Of a stretch of 64,000 nucleotides of DNA, positions 50,378 to 64,000 are shown in pieces (the stretch's first letter is position 1; the number at the start of each line of letters is the position of its first letter). A program made the position numbers and the translations under genes. The stretch spans positions 1 through 64,000 of the forward strand of contig JAUGWO010000138.1 in assembly GCA_049724395.1 (NCBI GenBank), read 5' to 3'. A model generated the notes under the pieces. That model saw only the letters and a program-made list of their open reading frames with translations, ran no database searches and was not told where the DNA came from. The stretch comes from Spongospora subterranea f. sp. subterranea. Lineage: Eukaryota.

Positions 50378-51442
50378 TCAATAATATGATGGCATATAAG
50401 GAGGGTATTGTGGTGGCCCATATTGGGGTATGCTAGGATAATATCTGTATGGGTCTTGCGACTGCATTGTCTGCGGCACGCCACCTTGCTGCTCATTGAA
50501 TGGAGAGAACATCTGCTTTCGGGCAAATTTAACCCGCAATGGCACAGTTCTCAAACAATGCCTTTTCAGACCGAATAGTGCAGTTGTGGCATTCTCGACA
50601 CTATCGTAAGATACAAAGGCGATGGCCGGTGAATCCGCACATGACGCTGTCGTGAAGCGAGATAAACAATAGCCAGGGTAGGTCTTGAACAGGTCGACTG
50701 CTTCCTGCTCCAACACATCGCTATCGAGATTACCCACAAACAGGGTCGTGATGGGACCCTCGGTTGGGATCGGGGCTTCAGGAGCGTGATGAATGGGCTG
50801 ATCGTACGGAGAGGAAACAGGTTGGGAGGCAGAACCCGTCTGTTGTTTGGCAAACTGGACCCGCATTGGATGAGACGATGATCGCAGCTTTAAACCTTGC
50901 AGCACATTCTTGGCGGATGCCGCCGACTCAACGCAATCGAAGGTCATAAATATCATTGTGTTGTCGATACGATTACCCGCAAACCGAATTTTTGTGAATC
51001 CTGGAACAGATTGAACAACTTGCCTGACTTCATTGTCATCAACATGACCGTCCAAATTGCCACAGAATAGGGTGGAGACCTGATTTGGCTGGAATTGGGC
51101 AGAGACGGCACCGGGCTCCATATGAGACGGCCTGGGCCTTTTAGCCGATGGCTCAAGATTATCAAAATGCGTTGTGGTAGAGGCATGCAATAGACCGGGC
51201 ATCGATAAATCAAATTGGTATTGATTCAAACTTTGAACACAGGTGATGGCTTCTTGAGCTGTTCGAAATGCGACAATAGCTTGAAAGGGGCCTGGTTTGG
51301 TGCATGGATCAACAGAAGACAAAGAGGGCTGCAGAGTTACGGTCTGAAAACCGGGAAATGAGCGAACCAAATTTGTGATCTCTCGTGGTTTAACATCTTC
51401 TGGAAATCCTATTATGGACACAGTGAATGGCCCAGATGCCAT
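50378..51442 (-). CDS. Three-RRM RNA-binding protein (RBPMS/Scw1/NSR-like first RRM)
   Basis: IIGFPEDVKPREITNLVRSFPGF, TLFCGNL and TLFVGNL..LRVKFAR. Intronless ORF. Confidence 0.9.
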   Translation of the reverse strand: MASGPFTVSIIGFPEDVKPREITNLVRSFPGFQTVTLQPSLSSVDPCTKPGPFQAIVAFRTAQEAITCVQSLNQYQFDLSMPGLLHASTTTHFDNLEPSAKRPRPSHMEPGAVSAQFQPNQVSTLFCGNLDGHVDDNEVRQVVQSVPGFTKIRFAGNRIDNTMIFMTFDCVESAASAKNVLQGLKLRSSSHPMRVQFAKQQTGSASQPVSSPYDQPIHHAPEAPIPTEGPITTLFVGNLDSDVLEQEAVDLFKTYPGYCLSRFTTASCADSPAIAFVSYDSVENATTALFGLKRHCLRTVPLRVKFARKQMFSPFNEQQGGVPQTMQSQDPYRYYPSIPQYGPPQYPPYMPSYY

Positions 51443-52030
51443 AAAAGCGTATGCGACGAGATAATCAGTTGACGGTAGCGGAGTCCGTGAGTGCAGGAAG
51501 GAGATGGGGAGGGGCGGGACCGCGGGACGAATACGCCAGGTGTCAAAGAGGACAGGGGAGGGCGGTTAGAGTTCGACGGCCATTCGGCGAAACACCAAAG
51601 AGGGGAGATCGAGCCTATCGGAGAAACAGCGATTCACGGCGGAAAGTTGGCCGAGCAGTAACTGTAGGAATAGACTTGAACTCAGACGGAAAGAAACGCA
51701 GCTGCAGTCAAGCTCAGATCGCCAGATCGAAGGAGGCCGCATCACTCGATCAAGACGCGGCCTATTGACACCGATTTACAAGTTGATCGTTTTCTTTTCT
51801 CTCGCGAGTGCAGGTTCAACAGTGCAGTTCGGCTGGTGTGGCCGCGCAGCAGGAACAAGTCGCAGCCCAGTTCAGACATGTTACTCGAGTTGTACTTGTG
51901 TAGCGGTCCACCGACTGCCCGACGTGCCCTAACTGCTCTAATTTCGAGTGCTGTGAGTGAGGGCCGGTCGGTCCGCAGTCCCTTTTCGTCGATATATTGA
52001 TGAGCCTCATTTCTCTCGCACCCAATCCTA

Positions 52031-54438
52031 ATGATATCATGCAAGCGCCTCTATCGATATGCTGCCGTGCTGATTGGATCGGGGTCCATAGCATTAGATA
52101 ACGGTCAAGGGACCCCTCCGTGTATATCCAAACGCGACGCCACAATCGTCAGAACCGCTTCCACTCAGTATGACATTTTAATTGTTGGAGGAGGGTAAAT
52201 TACCACGACGGTATATAAAAATATCAGTAGATGATTCTATTCAGGGCAACGGGTTGTGGTGTGGCATTAGATGCAGTCAATCGTGGTCTGTCGACTTGCC
52301 TTATAGAGGCTGACGACTTTGGATCCGGGACCAGCTCTCGAAGTTCTAAGCTGATACACGGAGGTGTTCGGTATCTAGAAAAGGCGGTGACAAATGCTGA
52401 TTTGTCGCAATTATCTCTAGTATCGGACGCGTAAATGATTGTAATAACTTGTTAAGCCAATACCCGCATTCATTCTCAACACCAGGCTTCGTGAACGTCG
52501 CCATATGATGTCGATTGCACCGCATCTTACGACATGTTTGCCAATTATTGTCCCTATATACGATGCATATCCATATGTTCTGTTTACGGCACCGTATTAC
52601 TATTTTGGTACTATCCCATATTATCATTGTCGAGTGTAGTTACACAATTTCCAGGAATGAAGGTTTACGATCTTGTTTGTGGGTTCAAAGGTGCCCTAAA
52701 ATCCAGCTATTTCATGGGAAAACAGGAGACAATTGACCAGTTTCCTGCGATTCAGCAGGACAATCTTAAATGCTCTATAGTTTATTACGATGGTAGCTTT
52801 CGAAGACAATATTTTCAGCTGTCTAACCGCTCTTTGAAATAGGATTGCAAGAAGATGCTCGAATGAACTTGTCTCTGGCTTTAACCGCGGAGGAAGATGG
52901 TGCTGATGTAGTGAACCATGTCAGAATGGAAGGGTTTATAAAAAACGATCAAGGTGCCATTATAGGTGTCAAACTACATGATACCATATCTAACATCAAA
53001 TGGGATTGTTTTGCTAAGGTTGAATTTGCTTGGTATCAATTTTATGAGATTACAGACTGTTTTGTTGCCCAGGTAGTTGTTAATGCCTCAGGGCCCTTTT
53101 CGGACTCAATACGACATTTGGACGATTCTTCCCTCCCTAATATTATATGCCCAAGGTGGAGTTTTCAGTAATTCGTTTATTTCGTACCCGTCTGACGAAA
53201 CATTATTAGTATCGGTGTGCATATTACACTTCCTCAAGACTGTTCGGCTGGTGGAGCCGGTTTACTGATCCCTAAAACAGTTGATGGGCGTGTGCTTTTC
53301 CTTTTGCCCTGGGAAGGGTCAACCATCGCAGGCACTACAGATGCTCCTACCACGGTAACCGTTCTTCCTGAGGCAAAACAACAAGGTATTTTATGCTGTA
53401 ACAAAGCGTGCAAATTGGCCGTTTGAGTAAGTAGAATTTTTAGAGATTCAATGGATATTAGATCAGTTAGCTACAGTTTTATCTCGGCCACTTACTCTTT
53501 CTGATGTAAAGTCGTCATGGGCAGGTCTGATGAATGTTTAATTTGCTTTGTATACTTAAGTGTGCTAATATAAAGCCAGGGATTCGTCCGTTAGCCTCTC
53601 CTCCAAGCAACGCCAATGGAGGAACCAAATCTATATCCAGGGACCATATGATTGATGTGAATGGAATAAGCGGATTATTTACCATCGCTGGAGGGAAATG
53701 GACTACTTATAGGTATAGCAAATCTGCCGCTCCATCCATCAACGGTCGCGACCTGATTATTCCAGATCAATGTCCGAAGATATCATAAATCGGGTGTTAT
53801 TGTTGCATCCCAAGTTGTCTAAGGGCAAACCATGTTCAACTTACGGAAGAAAGCTTATTGGAGCCGAAACCTGGTTTCAGGAACTTCACGAAGCTATCGA
53901 AACTGCAGGTAAGCTGTTGTTCGGTAATCCATTTCAGCAATACACTGATGTAAAAAGGGTTTGCACCTGATATCGCGCAGCACCTCTCTCATGCTTATGG
54001 AGATAGATATACACGTGTCCTCAACCTGTGCGCTGAAGTTAGTCAGGTTTCAACACTTCAATCTCCGGTTGAATTCAGTATTTTAGTCGGATTTGAATCT
54101 CAATCATCGCATCATTGATTGTCTTCCGTACATTCGTGCAGAAGTTGTTTATGGCGTACGAGAAGAACATGCTCTTACTGCAGTAGATATTCTTGCAAGA
54201 AGAACTAGAATGGCGTAATAATCGTCAAGTTATCGATAGTACAACGCCACGATGATTTTTTGATTGCAGATTTATCAATTCGGCGTTAGCAAGAGATGCT
54301 CTACCGTTAATCATTAGTCTAATGTCCCATGAACTGCATTGGAGCCAAGACAGAATGATCGATGAGTTCCAAGCCGCCGATGTGTTTTTAAACACGATGG
54401 GATCAGCGCATCGTAAGCCGCAGAATTCACTGAATTGA
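52031..54438 (+). CDS. GPD2: Mitochondrial FAD-dependent glycerol-3-phosphate dehydrogenase, many short introns
   Basis: [79 protein letters not shown]. Confidence 0.95.
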
Positions 54439-54880
54439 TCACTTCATATATGACTGTAGGAGTTTCGGATTCTTCTCTATCTGCTTCAATCCAAAAATCT
54501 GAAGATTGCACAAAACGGTTTTCTTACGCTATCCGAAGCCCAATCCCTCGTTTATTCTTGTTCTTTATTCAGTAAGTCCAGAAACCCCATTTCAAGCATC
54601 AGACTACTATGTGTACCCTCTTTTTTGTCAAGTTGCTAACGTCAAATTTGTTTGCAGGTTCTCTAACCCCCTCAGAATGTTCACATCTTATTCATCAATT
54701 CCATCGTGCCTTACGGGATGGGACGCACATCTCCTTGGCTGCTTTCTGTTATATATCCTCGATAATTCTAAACAATACAATTGCCTAATGTGCCATTCAC
54801 GCAATAAACCTTTATCTGACTTTTATTAATCAACAATTACGGAACTCTGTTTTAATCATCTCCAAGACCGCAGTACAGGT

Positions 54881-56847
54881 TCATTTTGCACACAATTGTG
54901 CTTCAAGGACTTTGATGCGCTCGTAAGCAGCGGCTAATTCTTGTTCGAGTTCCGCGGGACTTTTGCGAGCCTAATCTTAGGTTGAGCAATGGATCTTAGA
55001 AATTCCATAAGGTTACCTTGAAGACAGGTGCCGCCGAAGAAGACCCAGGGTTCGCGTCTGATTTGATTGCGCCAGACAAAGCCGGATCCATGGACATCAG
55101 TGGTGGATTGCGATTCGTCCCAGATATCCAGTCGTCAGCTGAGCTAGCTGGGATGCCAGCATAAGTGTCAGGATAGATATCAGCCTGGAAATTGTCCGAC
55201 TGAATAATAAAAGCAGTAAGAAATCATGACAGATAGCTTGTTTTTCTGGGCAAATACCTTCCTGGGAACCTAAAAATCTCGAGGTAAGTTTTTTATATGA
55301 ATGAGTTCGATGAAGATACCTGAAACGATACAGGTTCAATCCAATCACGATTAAGCCGTAAGGCTCTTGCAATTTCACACTTATTAGTGTCACAAGCACG
55401 CTTTGCTAAAAACTCTAGACCTAAAAATAAAAACAGCATCAAAAGAAGAATTGAATGGATTCGAAGTGCTGCACCTTTTTGAGGCTCATTGGACCGGTAT
55501 TCAGACAATATATGCAAAAACGGCTCTTCATCAACCTGGACAACTTTCATAACAAAATCGCCACGAAATTCAGACAACCTTACAACTTCAAAGTAGCGAA
55601 TGTTGCCATCTCCTTTCCCACCCAGATATAAGATGCTGGTATCAGGATCGTAGAAGGGCATGAGAACTCCAGCCGATTGGTCCAAATCTGTTTCAGAGAG
55701 AGCGTCCTAAGGACACCACTACAGGTTACAAAGACTGGAATCACGGCAGCCGAAGAGCCAACACCTACACCCAATTTGCGAGGATCCCATATCTTAATCT
55801 GACGCATGGACGTTTTGCTGAATCCGGCCACACATATTTTATCCTTATCGACGATCCAGACAGCACGGGATGACTTCCCTCCAGCCATTCCTTCAGTTGA
55901 CATTGCAGTAGATGGCTGACGAGGATCAAAAACTCGTAACTGTAGCCTTAAATGAGAAGTAGCTACAGCAAAAATTCCATAGAACATAGTTACCAATTTA
56001 TCCTTGCAAGTTGACACAACCAAACTACCGTCCATATTCCATTCAAACGATTGAATGAGTTCGGTATGCTGGGTTACTTCCGCAATCTCAGCTTGCTTCT
56101 CGATGTCCCAAAATTTAATCACATGATCATAACCAGAAGATGCTAGGACATTGTTGGCCGCGGGATGGAAGTGAACAATTGCCGCCTGATGCACACAATT
56201 GAATCACTTTGTTTGAAAAAAAGCAGCCCTTTACCTTTTTTTGATGGCCTTTAAGTTCGACGATAGCCTCGGTGATATTATCTGTCAGGCCTTCATCAGG
56301 AATCACAGATATCTGCGACGAACTTGTGAGTTTCTATTTAGCAATATTTTGATGTATATGATTACTTTAACATCATTGTCTTCTGCAGCCGTCGCTAACA
56401 GCGTATCGACAAAAGGGTTCCAATCGAAATCTAGCACCTACAACGATAAAATTACTATGGATACTCAGACAAGCTTGAGAGCGATTGGAACCTTGGCTTT
56501 ATGCACATTTACGGTAGGGTGATTAGTGTCAAATCTCTCAAGTTTATCGAGATTATGGACCGTGACGGGGCCTCCACCACCCTAAATCAATGAGATTGAT
56601 ATTTTTACACACTCCACGATAATAACTCAACTTACAGGTTTAGCCACTGCTAGAAACTTGGTATTTGCTTTGAGGTAGTTTCCTTCACCGGTGGTTAGAG
56701 AAGATACTTCTTGATAGGATTCAGTCTAATGGCAGCCTCGACATTTTAAGCCCATTCTCATACTTAAACGATATACATAGTGACCTTTTTTGACGCGACT
56801 CCAACAACATGTCGAAATTTGGACGCGCGAACGAATCTTCCACTCAT
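54881..56847 (-). CDS. Coronin, multi-exon
   Basis: MSGRFVRASKFRHV, WD40 repeats, DQSAGVLMPFYDPDT..GKGDGNIRYFE and a C-terminal coiled coil. Confidence 0.96.
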
Positions 56848-57299
56848 TCTGAACTATTGCTAGGAGTATTCCTAAATCAAAATATTACTATAACGAAATT
56901 CTGATCGCGATACGAGGCAGTAAGAGTGATCATGGATGAACGCAGTGGTAGAACGAATGATTGCCCAAATAATGTGGTGTGCCCCATTTGACATGGCAAG
57001 CCTTACCAATCCTGGTTGACGCCCCGACCTATGGTTTGCAGGGTCTTGATAAAGTGATCAGATCTTGTCCTGTTCGACTCCTGTTTGAATATGCGAGGGT
57101 GGTAGGGTTACTTGCTCTACTGTATCTCAGATGTGTATTTAAGGGGGCCTCCCCTCACATTCTCAACTGTACCGTACCAGTAATTACAGTCGCCATCAGG
57201 TATCGGTGCAGCCAGCAGGTCTGGTAGATCAAGGGTTTTATAGGTTCACGACAAACAAACTATTATTTCCAGTTGAACAATTTATGACTAACAATTATC

Positions 57300-59837
57300 T
57301 TAATGACGCCTATCACGTCTGGGTTTTTCAGGGGATTTAGGTGGCGTTTCTTTGCGCCGTTTCCTAGACTTTCCTTCTGAATGGTAACTCTCTCTAACAT
57401 CGATCCGAGAAGTTCTGGCTGGGGATCGATCACGATGTTTATGCGAATTACGATGGTCGGACCTTGATTCATCATATCTTTCATCCTAACAAGCGACACA
57501 CATTAAATCCATGTAATAAAAATCGTTGCCAAAAACCCCTTGCACTCACAATCCTCCTGCGTTCCCTATCGCGCGTATGACTTTCAGCCACACGATGGCT
57601 TCCTTTATCAGAGCGACCGCGTCCGTCTGATGACTCCAAATCCCTGCTGGACCTAGGACGATTGTCTCTGCCATCAAAACCACCTCGTCCAACTTCTTTA
57701 TCATCGCTATGGTTTTCATTGCGTGTTGCGGAATCCTTCTTGGAAGAGCTCGAGCCCTGAACATTTCGCCTATCCATGTCATTTGATGGCGCAGGCTTCA
57801 CATTATCTCGCCGCTCTAATCCTTCAGAAGTAGCAGCACGGGACCGCGATTCCGCTTGACGTTTATCATCTCGATGGATTTCAACTCTCTTTCGATCATC
57901 ACCATGACGACGATCCTAGCCAAACACGAGGGAATAAGAAAGGTGATAACGATCAGTCTTGTCCACTAACATCGACGGCAGATGGAACACGGGAACCCTG
58001 CTTCAATGGATCTTTGCGCATGGTTTCGTATGCTTCATCAATGGCTCGTCTTCTTTCAGGGTGTATTGAATGGCTTGGCTTATCATTCTTCTTCCCAGAA
58101 AATCCTGACTCTTGTTTAGGTTTGTCTGTACTTTCATGATGTCGATGTACATGACCCTTTGAGGAATCAAGCAAAGATGAACTATCATCTCTCGCAACTT
58201 TTCTGGTTTTATCTACTACTTCGTTTCCCTCACTACGACTCCGTTTACTTCGGCGAATTTCTCTTTCGCTAGTGTCACGACTTTCTTTGCGATGGCTTCT
58301 TTCAGTACCAACTTCTTCCTTCAAGCCACCCGAGGAATGAACCCCATGTTCATAATCTAGAATCTTTGATCGCCGACGGGAAGTATCATTTTCTAAGCGA
58401 CCGGAACGCTTTTCGTCGTCTCTACTGGGACGATGTCTTTCCGATACATCACGGTCTACTCTGCTACGATAGTGCTCACGTTCGTCCTCCTCACGAATAA
58501 TTGTTCTCTTGGGAGCGCTGTCGTTTCGGCTTCTGCCAGTTTCAGTATGGGCAAAATCTTTCCTCAAATTGCCTGGAGCATCGTGCTTCAGTCGACGGTC
58601 GGAATCACCGTTGTCAGACCGTTCTCGCCGCAGGTATTCTTCCCGATGACGATGGTGCCTGTCACCGTTAACCTCTCGCCGGTCCTGATCAACTGCATAA
58701 GATCGGGATGTTTCCGCGTCGCCGCTCTTTTTAAGAAGCTTTTCGGAACTTCGACCATCAGGTCGGGCATCTTTGTCCGTTACCCTGCTTTGATTGCTTT
58801 GAGTTTGATCGCGCAAAGGAACATCATCAGGCCCACGAATATCTGTGTTTTCAATCTCTACAATTGAAATTAGGTCCAAATCAGCGTTTTTTAGAACAAA
58901 AATTCTGGGTTTCTTCAGTACCTGCTGCCTTTTCACAAACTTCGGTTTTTTCTAAAGACTTTGAAGATAAATCTGGCAAAGCTTCCGAAAAAATCTTACT
59001 CTCCGGAACCTCTTTTCCATGACCTTCCGCATTTGATTTTCTGTCATTTTCAGATACTTCTTTACTTTTCGAATGATTCGCCACAGAAGAACGGCCCCGA
59101 CTAACATCATGATGATCGTTATGGGACCTATCAGCGTGTCAATCTGAGAATCGTTGAACTGAAAACAAAAAACCAACCGTTGGAAAGTCGTGTCCCTCGG
59201 ATCCTTTCTTAACACAATATCTCTTCGCCTATTTTCGTCCAGCTCTCTTGGTGGCCGACCATAGGCGGGCTTATAAATCCTAGATGGCGAAACGCGGCGC
59301 AAACTTGATGGTGCAGTCCGCTTTGATCCATAGCCAGTTGGAGCCTCATTCGGTCTAAGATTGGCCTCTTCCACGACCAAAAGTGATGCTTGCGCCATTC
59401 TTCCATTAATACTTGTTGAATCAACAGTATCGATACCTCTAAGAGCAGCATCCGAACTGTCAAATGTAATGGTTGCGATTCCTAACGATTTTCCGTTCTT
59501 TATGGCAGTGTCAAATTCTACCGATTTGATAACACCGCAATCTGACAATAAGTTTCTCAAGTCAGCTTCGGTTGTCCACCACTGAAGGTTCCTAATTAAA
59601 ACATGAATAACAAAAATGGTCCTGCAGTGATGAGTATAATAAAGCAAGTTACCTAATTCGAATGTCTTTGATTCCTTGGTCAAGAGTGGGAGCTATATCC
59701 GCAGGTATATCAACAACCGGCGTCACTGGCTGATGGAACAACTCAAAATCCGCTGCAGGAGATGTTTCCGGCACTGACACATTAACCGCGGCATCAAGAA
59801 CCGGTAATAAATTGTCATCGTCGTACAGCCATGACAT
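57300..59837 (-). CDS. RRM plus long R/D/E/S-rich protein, CPSF6/CFIm68-like, multi-exon
   Basis: IG|NLQWWTTEADL..NGKSLGIA matches the CFIm RRM signature GNLxWWTT. Arg/Asp/Ser-rich C-terminal exons end ..RRDRRH*. Confidence 0.75.
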
Positions 59838-61156
59838 CGTCGCAAAGAATTCTGGTGAGTTGAGAGGATTACCAACCTCGCTTATGGGCGAGGGTGATGT
59901 GTTGATGGGGGTATTATTGGCAATTCAATGTCGGAATGGATATCCTGAAAAGGATATAGAGAGGGTATACTTGACTGGTGACGAATTCACTATACGATAC
60001 ACAATCAATGACGGGGACTGATCAGGATGGGTGGGTAGATTAGGGAAAACAGGTAATGGGTAACGATTACCAACTACCGCTGACACGTCTGTCTAGACCA
60101 CCAGTAGCGCAAGCCACTCCTACCGGTTGGCGCACACTCACACAATTGCGCGCAATAAACCGAAAATTGCGAACTTGAAGGTGAAGGATGTCTGTCACTT
60201 CCTGATTTTCTTTCTGCGCTGTGTCCGGTTCAATTTTCTACGTCCTCGAAGAATGTCAAGATGATGAATGAACACAATATTTTGCCATTTCGCTGTGCTC
60301 TTAACAATCAAATGTGGCGAATGTCACTAAACTGCATTTCCGCTGCAACAGCGTCAGGTGCTGCTCAAATGAGAACCGCTGTTTAAACCTGATTTTCTTT
60401 TGTTCATGAATTGCCTACCAAATTCGGTAGCATCCATTCCAATCGGATCAGCATTGGTTCACTGTACAAACCCTCTTTTCCCTCAAACTGGATTCATCGC
60501 GCTTCAATTGTGTAGTTTTTCCTGCATACGCGACTCGGCTCGTAAAGATTATTATCTTTGCTTCAATTATTCAGGACCAACAAGCCTAATTTTCATTGTA
60601 GTCATAGTTGCTTGAAAACTTGGAATTTTCAGCCATTAAAGTCATGGGCAGCGAAACGAAAAAATGCTTTGATCACTGCGTAGGCTATAGTTTTATCCTT
60701 GGAAAGCTCTAAATATTAAATTAAACGCGAGGATTTGTCCTGCTTCAGACTTTTTCCGTTTTTTATTGTTTTAGTCGCGCATTGAACGCTGGTTTACATG
60801 TCCAAATAATAGTCACAAAATTCGCATGTAATTTGATCAGGTTTGATCATGAATCCAAATTGCAATGACTTGATAAGTGTGGTTGACCCAACCGCCATCA
60901 GTCCATGACCCAGGTGACCTGGTCAGGACTCAAGGGGCCAGCCGGGCGGAACCTCTTCCTGCAAGTGGAACGAGGCGCCGCGTACTGTACAGTAAAGTAT
61001 ATGGGGAGACAGTTGAATGTATATATGTGAGACCTTATCGCTGTGCCCTTTTGTGGTTTGATTGTGTGTTTATCGGCATAACTATTGGAGTATTAGCCAA
61101 TATAGTCGCTCTGACCATCTTCTTTATCAGCTTCAACAGCCAGGACTACGGTCGCG

Positions 61157-61857
61157 ATGGATATCATTATCGGAATTGTGGGCGATGGCTATACTCTTAT
61201 TACCGCCGATAGCTCATCCGCCTCCTCGATCGTCCGGTATCAAGACACTGAAGATAAGGTCTGGGTTTCCGCAGTATATAGGGTGTCCCTGTTCTGATTT
61301 GTTCCATGTTAGATTTATGGGCTAGGAGATGATACAATGACCACCAGGCAAATTATGGCCTGTGCTGGACCCAATAGCGACAGGACCATGTTCTGTGAGT
61401 TCATCGAGCGAAATGTGAAGATGTACTCGTTGGAGGCCGGTATCCCGTTGACCACCAAGGCTGTAGCAAATTTTACCCGGTAATTAGGGCGCCATCTCAA
61501 TGATTCATACTAATCGGAGATATGCTAACCAGAAACACCTTGGCAACGGCCTTACGAAAGGGGCCATATCAGGCAAACATCCTTCTGGGAGGATTTGATC
61601 AGGGTAAAGGACCATCCCTTTATATAATGGACTATATGGGTGCATTGCATCCAGTAGACAAGGCTGCCCATGGATATGGATCCTACTTCACCCTTGGTCT
61701 ACTTGATCGTCATTACAAAAAGAATATGACGCTCGATGAAGGGTTGCAGCTCCTCAAGCAATGCATTGCCGAGCTTAACACTCGGTTCATATTAAACACT
61801 CCACACTTCATCGCTAAGATAGTCGATAAAGATGGTGTTCGTAAAATTGAAGTCTAA
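61157..61857 (+). CDS. PSMB2: 20S proteasome subunit beta type-2 (Pre1/beta4)
   Basis: Exons 61157-61258, 61313-61479 and 61533-61857 splice in frame: MDIIIGIVG.., AVANFTRNTLATALRKGPYQANILLGGFD, AHGYGSYF. Confidence 0.96.
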
Positions 61858-62100
61858 AAATATTTGACATAAACCCTATCGCTTTTGCCAATTCACGATT
61901 TCTTCAAATCATAATTCCATTGTATTAATATTTTTTACGTGCTAATGGCGACATCCTTGCCAAACTATTCTCGTAAAACACCTTAAATTCAGTGTCGTGC
62001 CTTGTTGCACCTCTCGTCAGCCGTGGCATTTTCTGTCGTGATCTCAACAGCAATGGGGGTTCGATGATCGACATGGAGATAAATCGTGGATGATTTCTAA

Positions 62101-64000
62101 TTAAACCGACGAAATCATCTGCTGAATGAGATCTAGCCCTCTAAAAAACAAGCGGAAAATCAGTTGCTGGCTAATGCTAGTGTCGATTGTCGATAGGAAA
62201 TTTACCGTCATCAAGGGCAGGTGACGGAGACGCAATTCAATTTCATGATCTGAAATCTCCAAGTTATTTTCAAAACAACTAAAAGAAGGATGAAAAATAC
62301 CTATATTACGAGATGACGGATGAGTATAGGCAGGTTTATCTACAGACACAATATGAGACGAGGGCTCGGGAGCTGGGCTGTAGACGATTTTAGGATCGAC
62401 CGATCTTTCGGAACGTTCAAGAATCGGGCCTGAGACGACCTGATTCAGGATTGGACCATGGACCTTGGGACACTTAACCGAGAAGCCCTCAATATCGTCT
62501 CTAGCTAGCACGACGAGTTCATTGCTATCATGATGGATCAGCTTGGCCAAGTCAGCGGGTAAGCGCCATCTCCCCGTCACAGGTTCAGCGGACACAATCA
62601 CTTTCCACTGCCCATTATCACACCATGCTCTACCGAATTCCCCTAGCTTCCTGCTGCTTTGAGATTTCAACATTTTTCGGCGCATCTCCAATGTCCTGCC
62701 AGATATTCTCTCGCTGTTGATCTTTTCTGTCTTTTCCCATCGTATGGCTTCCTCTCTGTCTCTTTTCTTGAATTGTCTGAATTTTACACGAGCTGTTGTT
62801 TCACTTCTCACTATCTGGGAATCATTCTTATGATTAAACTTTGTCTTCATGCTCTTTACTTGATCCTTTTGTTGTATTGCCTCAAGTTTTCTCCATCTCT
62901 CACCCTCTTCAGTCCTCCTTTTGCTTTCCCTTTGTATTTCACGCATCTGTTTCATCTTATTGGCATGGCGCTTTGCAATCGGATTTAGCTTATCGTCTAT
63001 GTAAGATTGAAATTGCCTAACATAATTGCTCCTACACGAGTGAGGAATATCGACCCCAAATGCCGAGAATATTCCAGAATGGCGACGTGAGGTTGTTGGC
63101 TCTAGTGGTCCATACACGTATTCGCCATCCGGTGATAACGGGGTACGAGGAGGGCTGTGAATGCATCCAGCTTTATCATTAATAGAACGGGATGACGATT
63201 GGGATGACAACACTCCTGGCGTTAGCATTGCTCCACAAGATATTTCCACAATCTGGCAAATATCTCTTGCAATCAACACCATCAAACGAAAATAGATATA
63301 TATATATTACATGATCACGCATCGATAAGTGAATGACTTGGAAGCTGGCGTAATTTCCAAATAAATTTGATCGAGTATCAACGTTCAGAAATCCAGAGAA
63401 AGGCATGATATTCCTCTATTAGTGGTTTTGCTGGGGAAGACCGAACCCTGTTTCGAGAGCCCAGAGTACGGCTGGCAGTAATACACGATATGAATGATAA
63501 ACCCCTGGATGATATAAATCAATTACAGGGGGAGACCAGAGTGGGATATGGCCTACCATATGAGTTGCGAAACCTGATCATCTCTCTATGGTCAATAACC
63601 GACAACCGAAACTCCATATTCAGCGGGTCTTGCCAAGCAATATCTGTGACTATAGAATTGGAGATCATAGCCCATTTCTGCCAGAATAGCTCATTGCTGA
63701 GGAACTCGTGCAGCACTATATTCGCATACAGCGATATATTCCAACTGTTGTGTAAAGCAACATGATTTACCCAACGCTGAGCAATTTCTGATGGTAGCTT
63801 CACAGAAACTCGCTTGGAGGAAGATTTCCTCCATTTTTGCTTCATCAACTCCAATGTCGTTCCATTGGTCCAATCTATCGCCGATTCCTGTTGAAAAGAT
63901 GGGTTCATGCTATGGTCGACAACATCTATGGAATTGGTTGGCTGTGGCTCTGGCCCAGGCAAAAATGATGCTTTGTCGGGAACCGACAATGGAAACATGG
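62101..64000 (-). CDS. Hypothetical protein, multi-exon, possibly 5'-incomplete at the window edge
   Basis: 394-aa and 159-aa same-strand ORFs with a basic coiled-coil-like middle. No family recognised. Confidence 0.6.

Noticed and set aside
51900..51960. Cys-rich micro-ORF (TDCPTCPNCSNFECCE)
   Set aside because: No in-frame start and no supported upstream exon; it lies in a divergent promoter region.

Overview
Eukaryotic nuclear DNA from a compact microbial genome, with many ~50-60 nt GT-AG introns. A plasmodiophorid (Spongospora/Plasmodiophora-like) plant parasite is my best guess, but that is inference only. The window has two compartments. The left ~37 kb is dominated by nested, decayed transposons: several IS630-Tc1-mariner-type DDE pseudogenes, a 479-bp TRIM-like mini LTR element with a 5-bp TSD, a LINE RNase H fragment, a Crypton-like GCR1_C remnant, and a MULE/SWIM/Ulp1 element followed by an inverted partial copy. 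Among these sit intronless secreted or surface-protein genes: a 554-aa secreted protein, a tandem-fused multi-unit secreted protein, a GH28 rhamnogalacturonase with a Ser/Pro stalk and probable GPI signal, and a signal+TM+HTH-like protein. Also present are a 56-aa SMP/LEA-like gene missed by the ORF track, a 71-bp dimeric satellite and a PIP kinase. The right ~27 kb is gene-dense housekeeping sequence: WDTC1-like, Rpn13, dynamin-related GTPase, a 3-RRM protein, FAD glycerol-3-phosphate dehydrogenase, coronin, CPSF6-like and proteasome beta type-2. All domain calls come from recognising motifs by eye; no searches were run.
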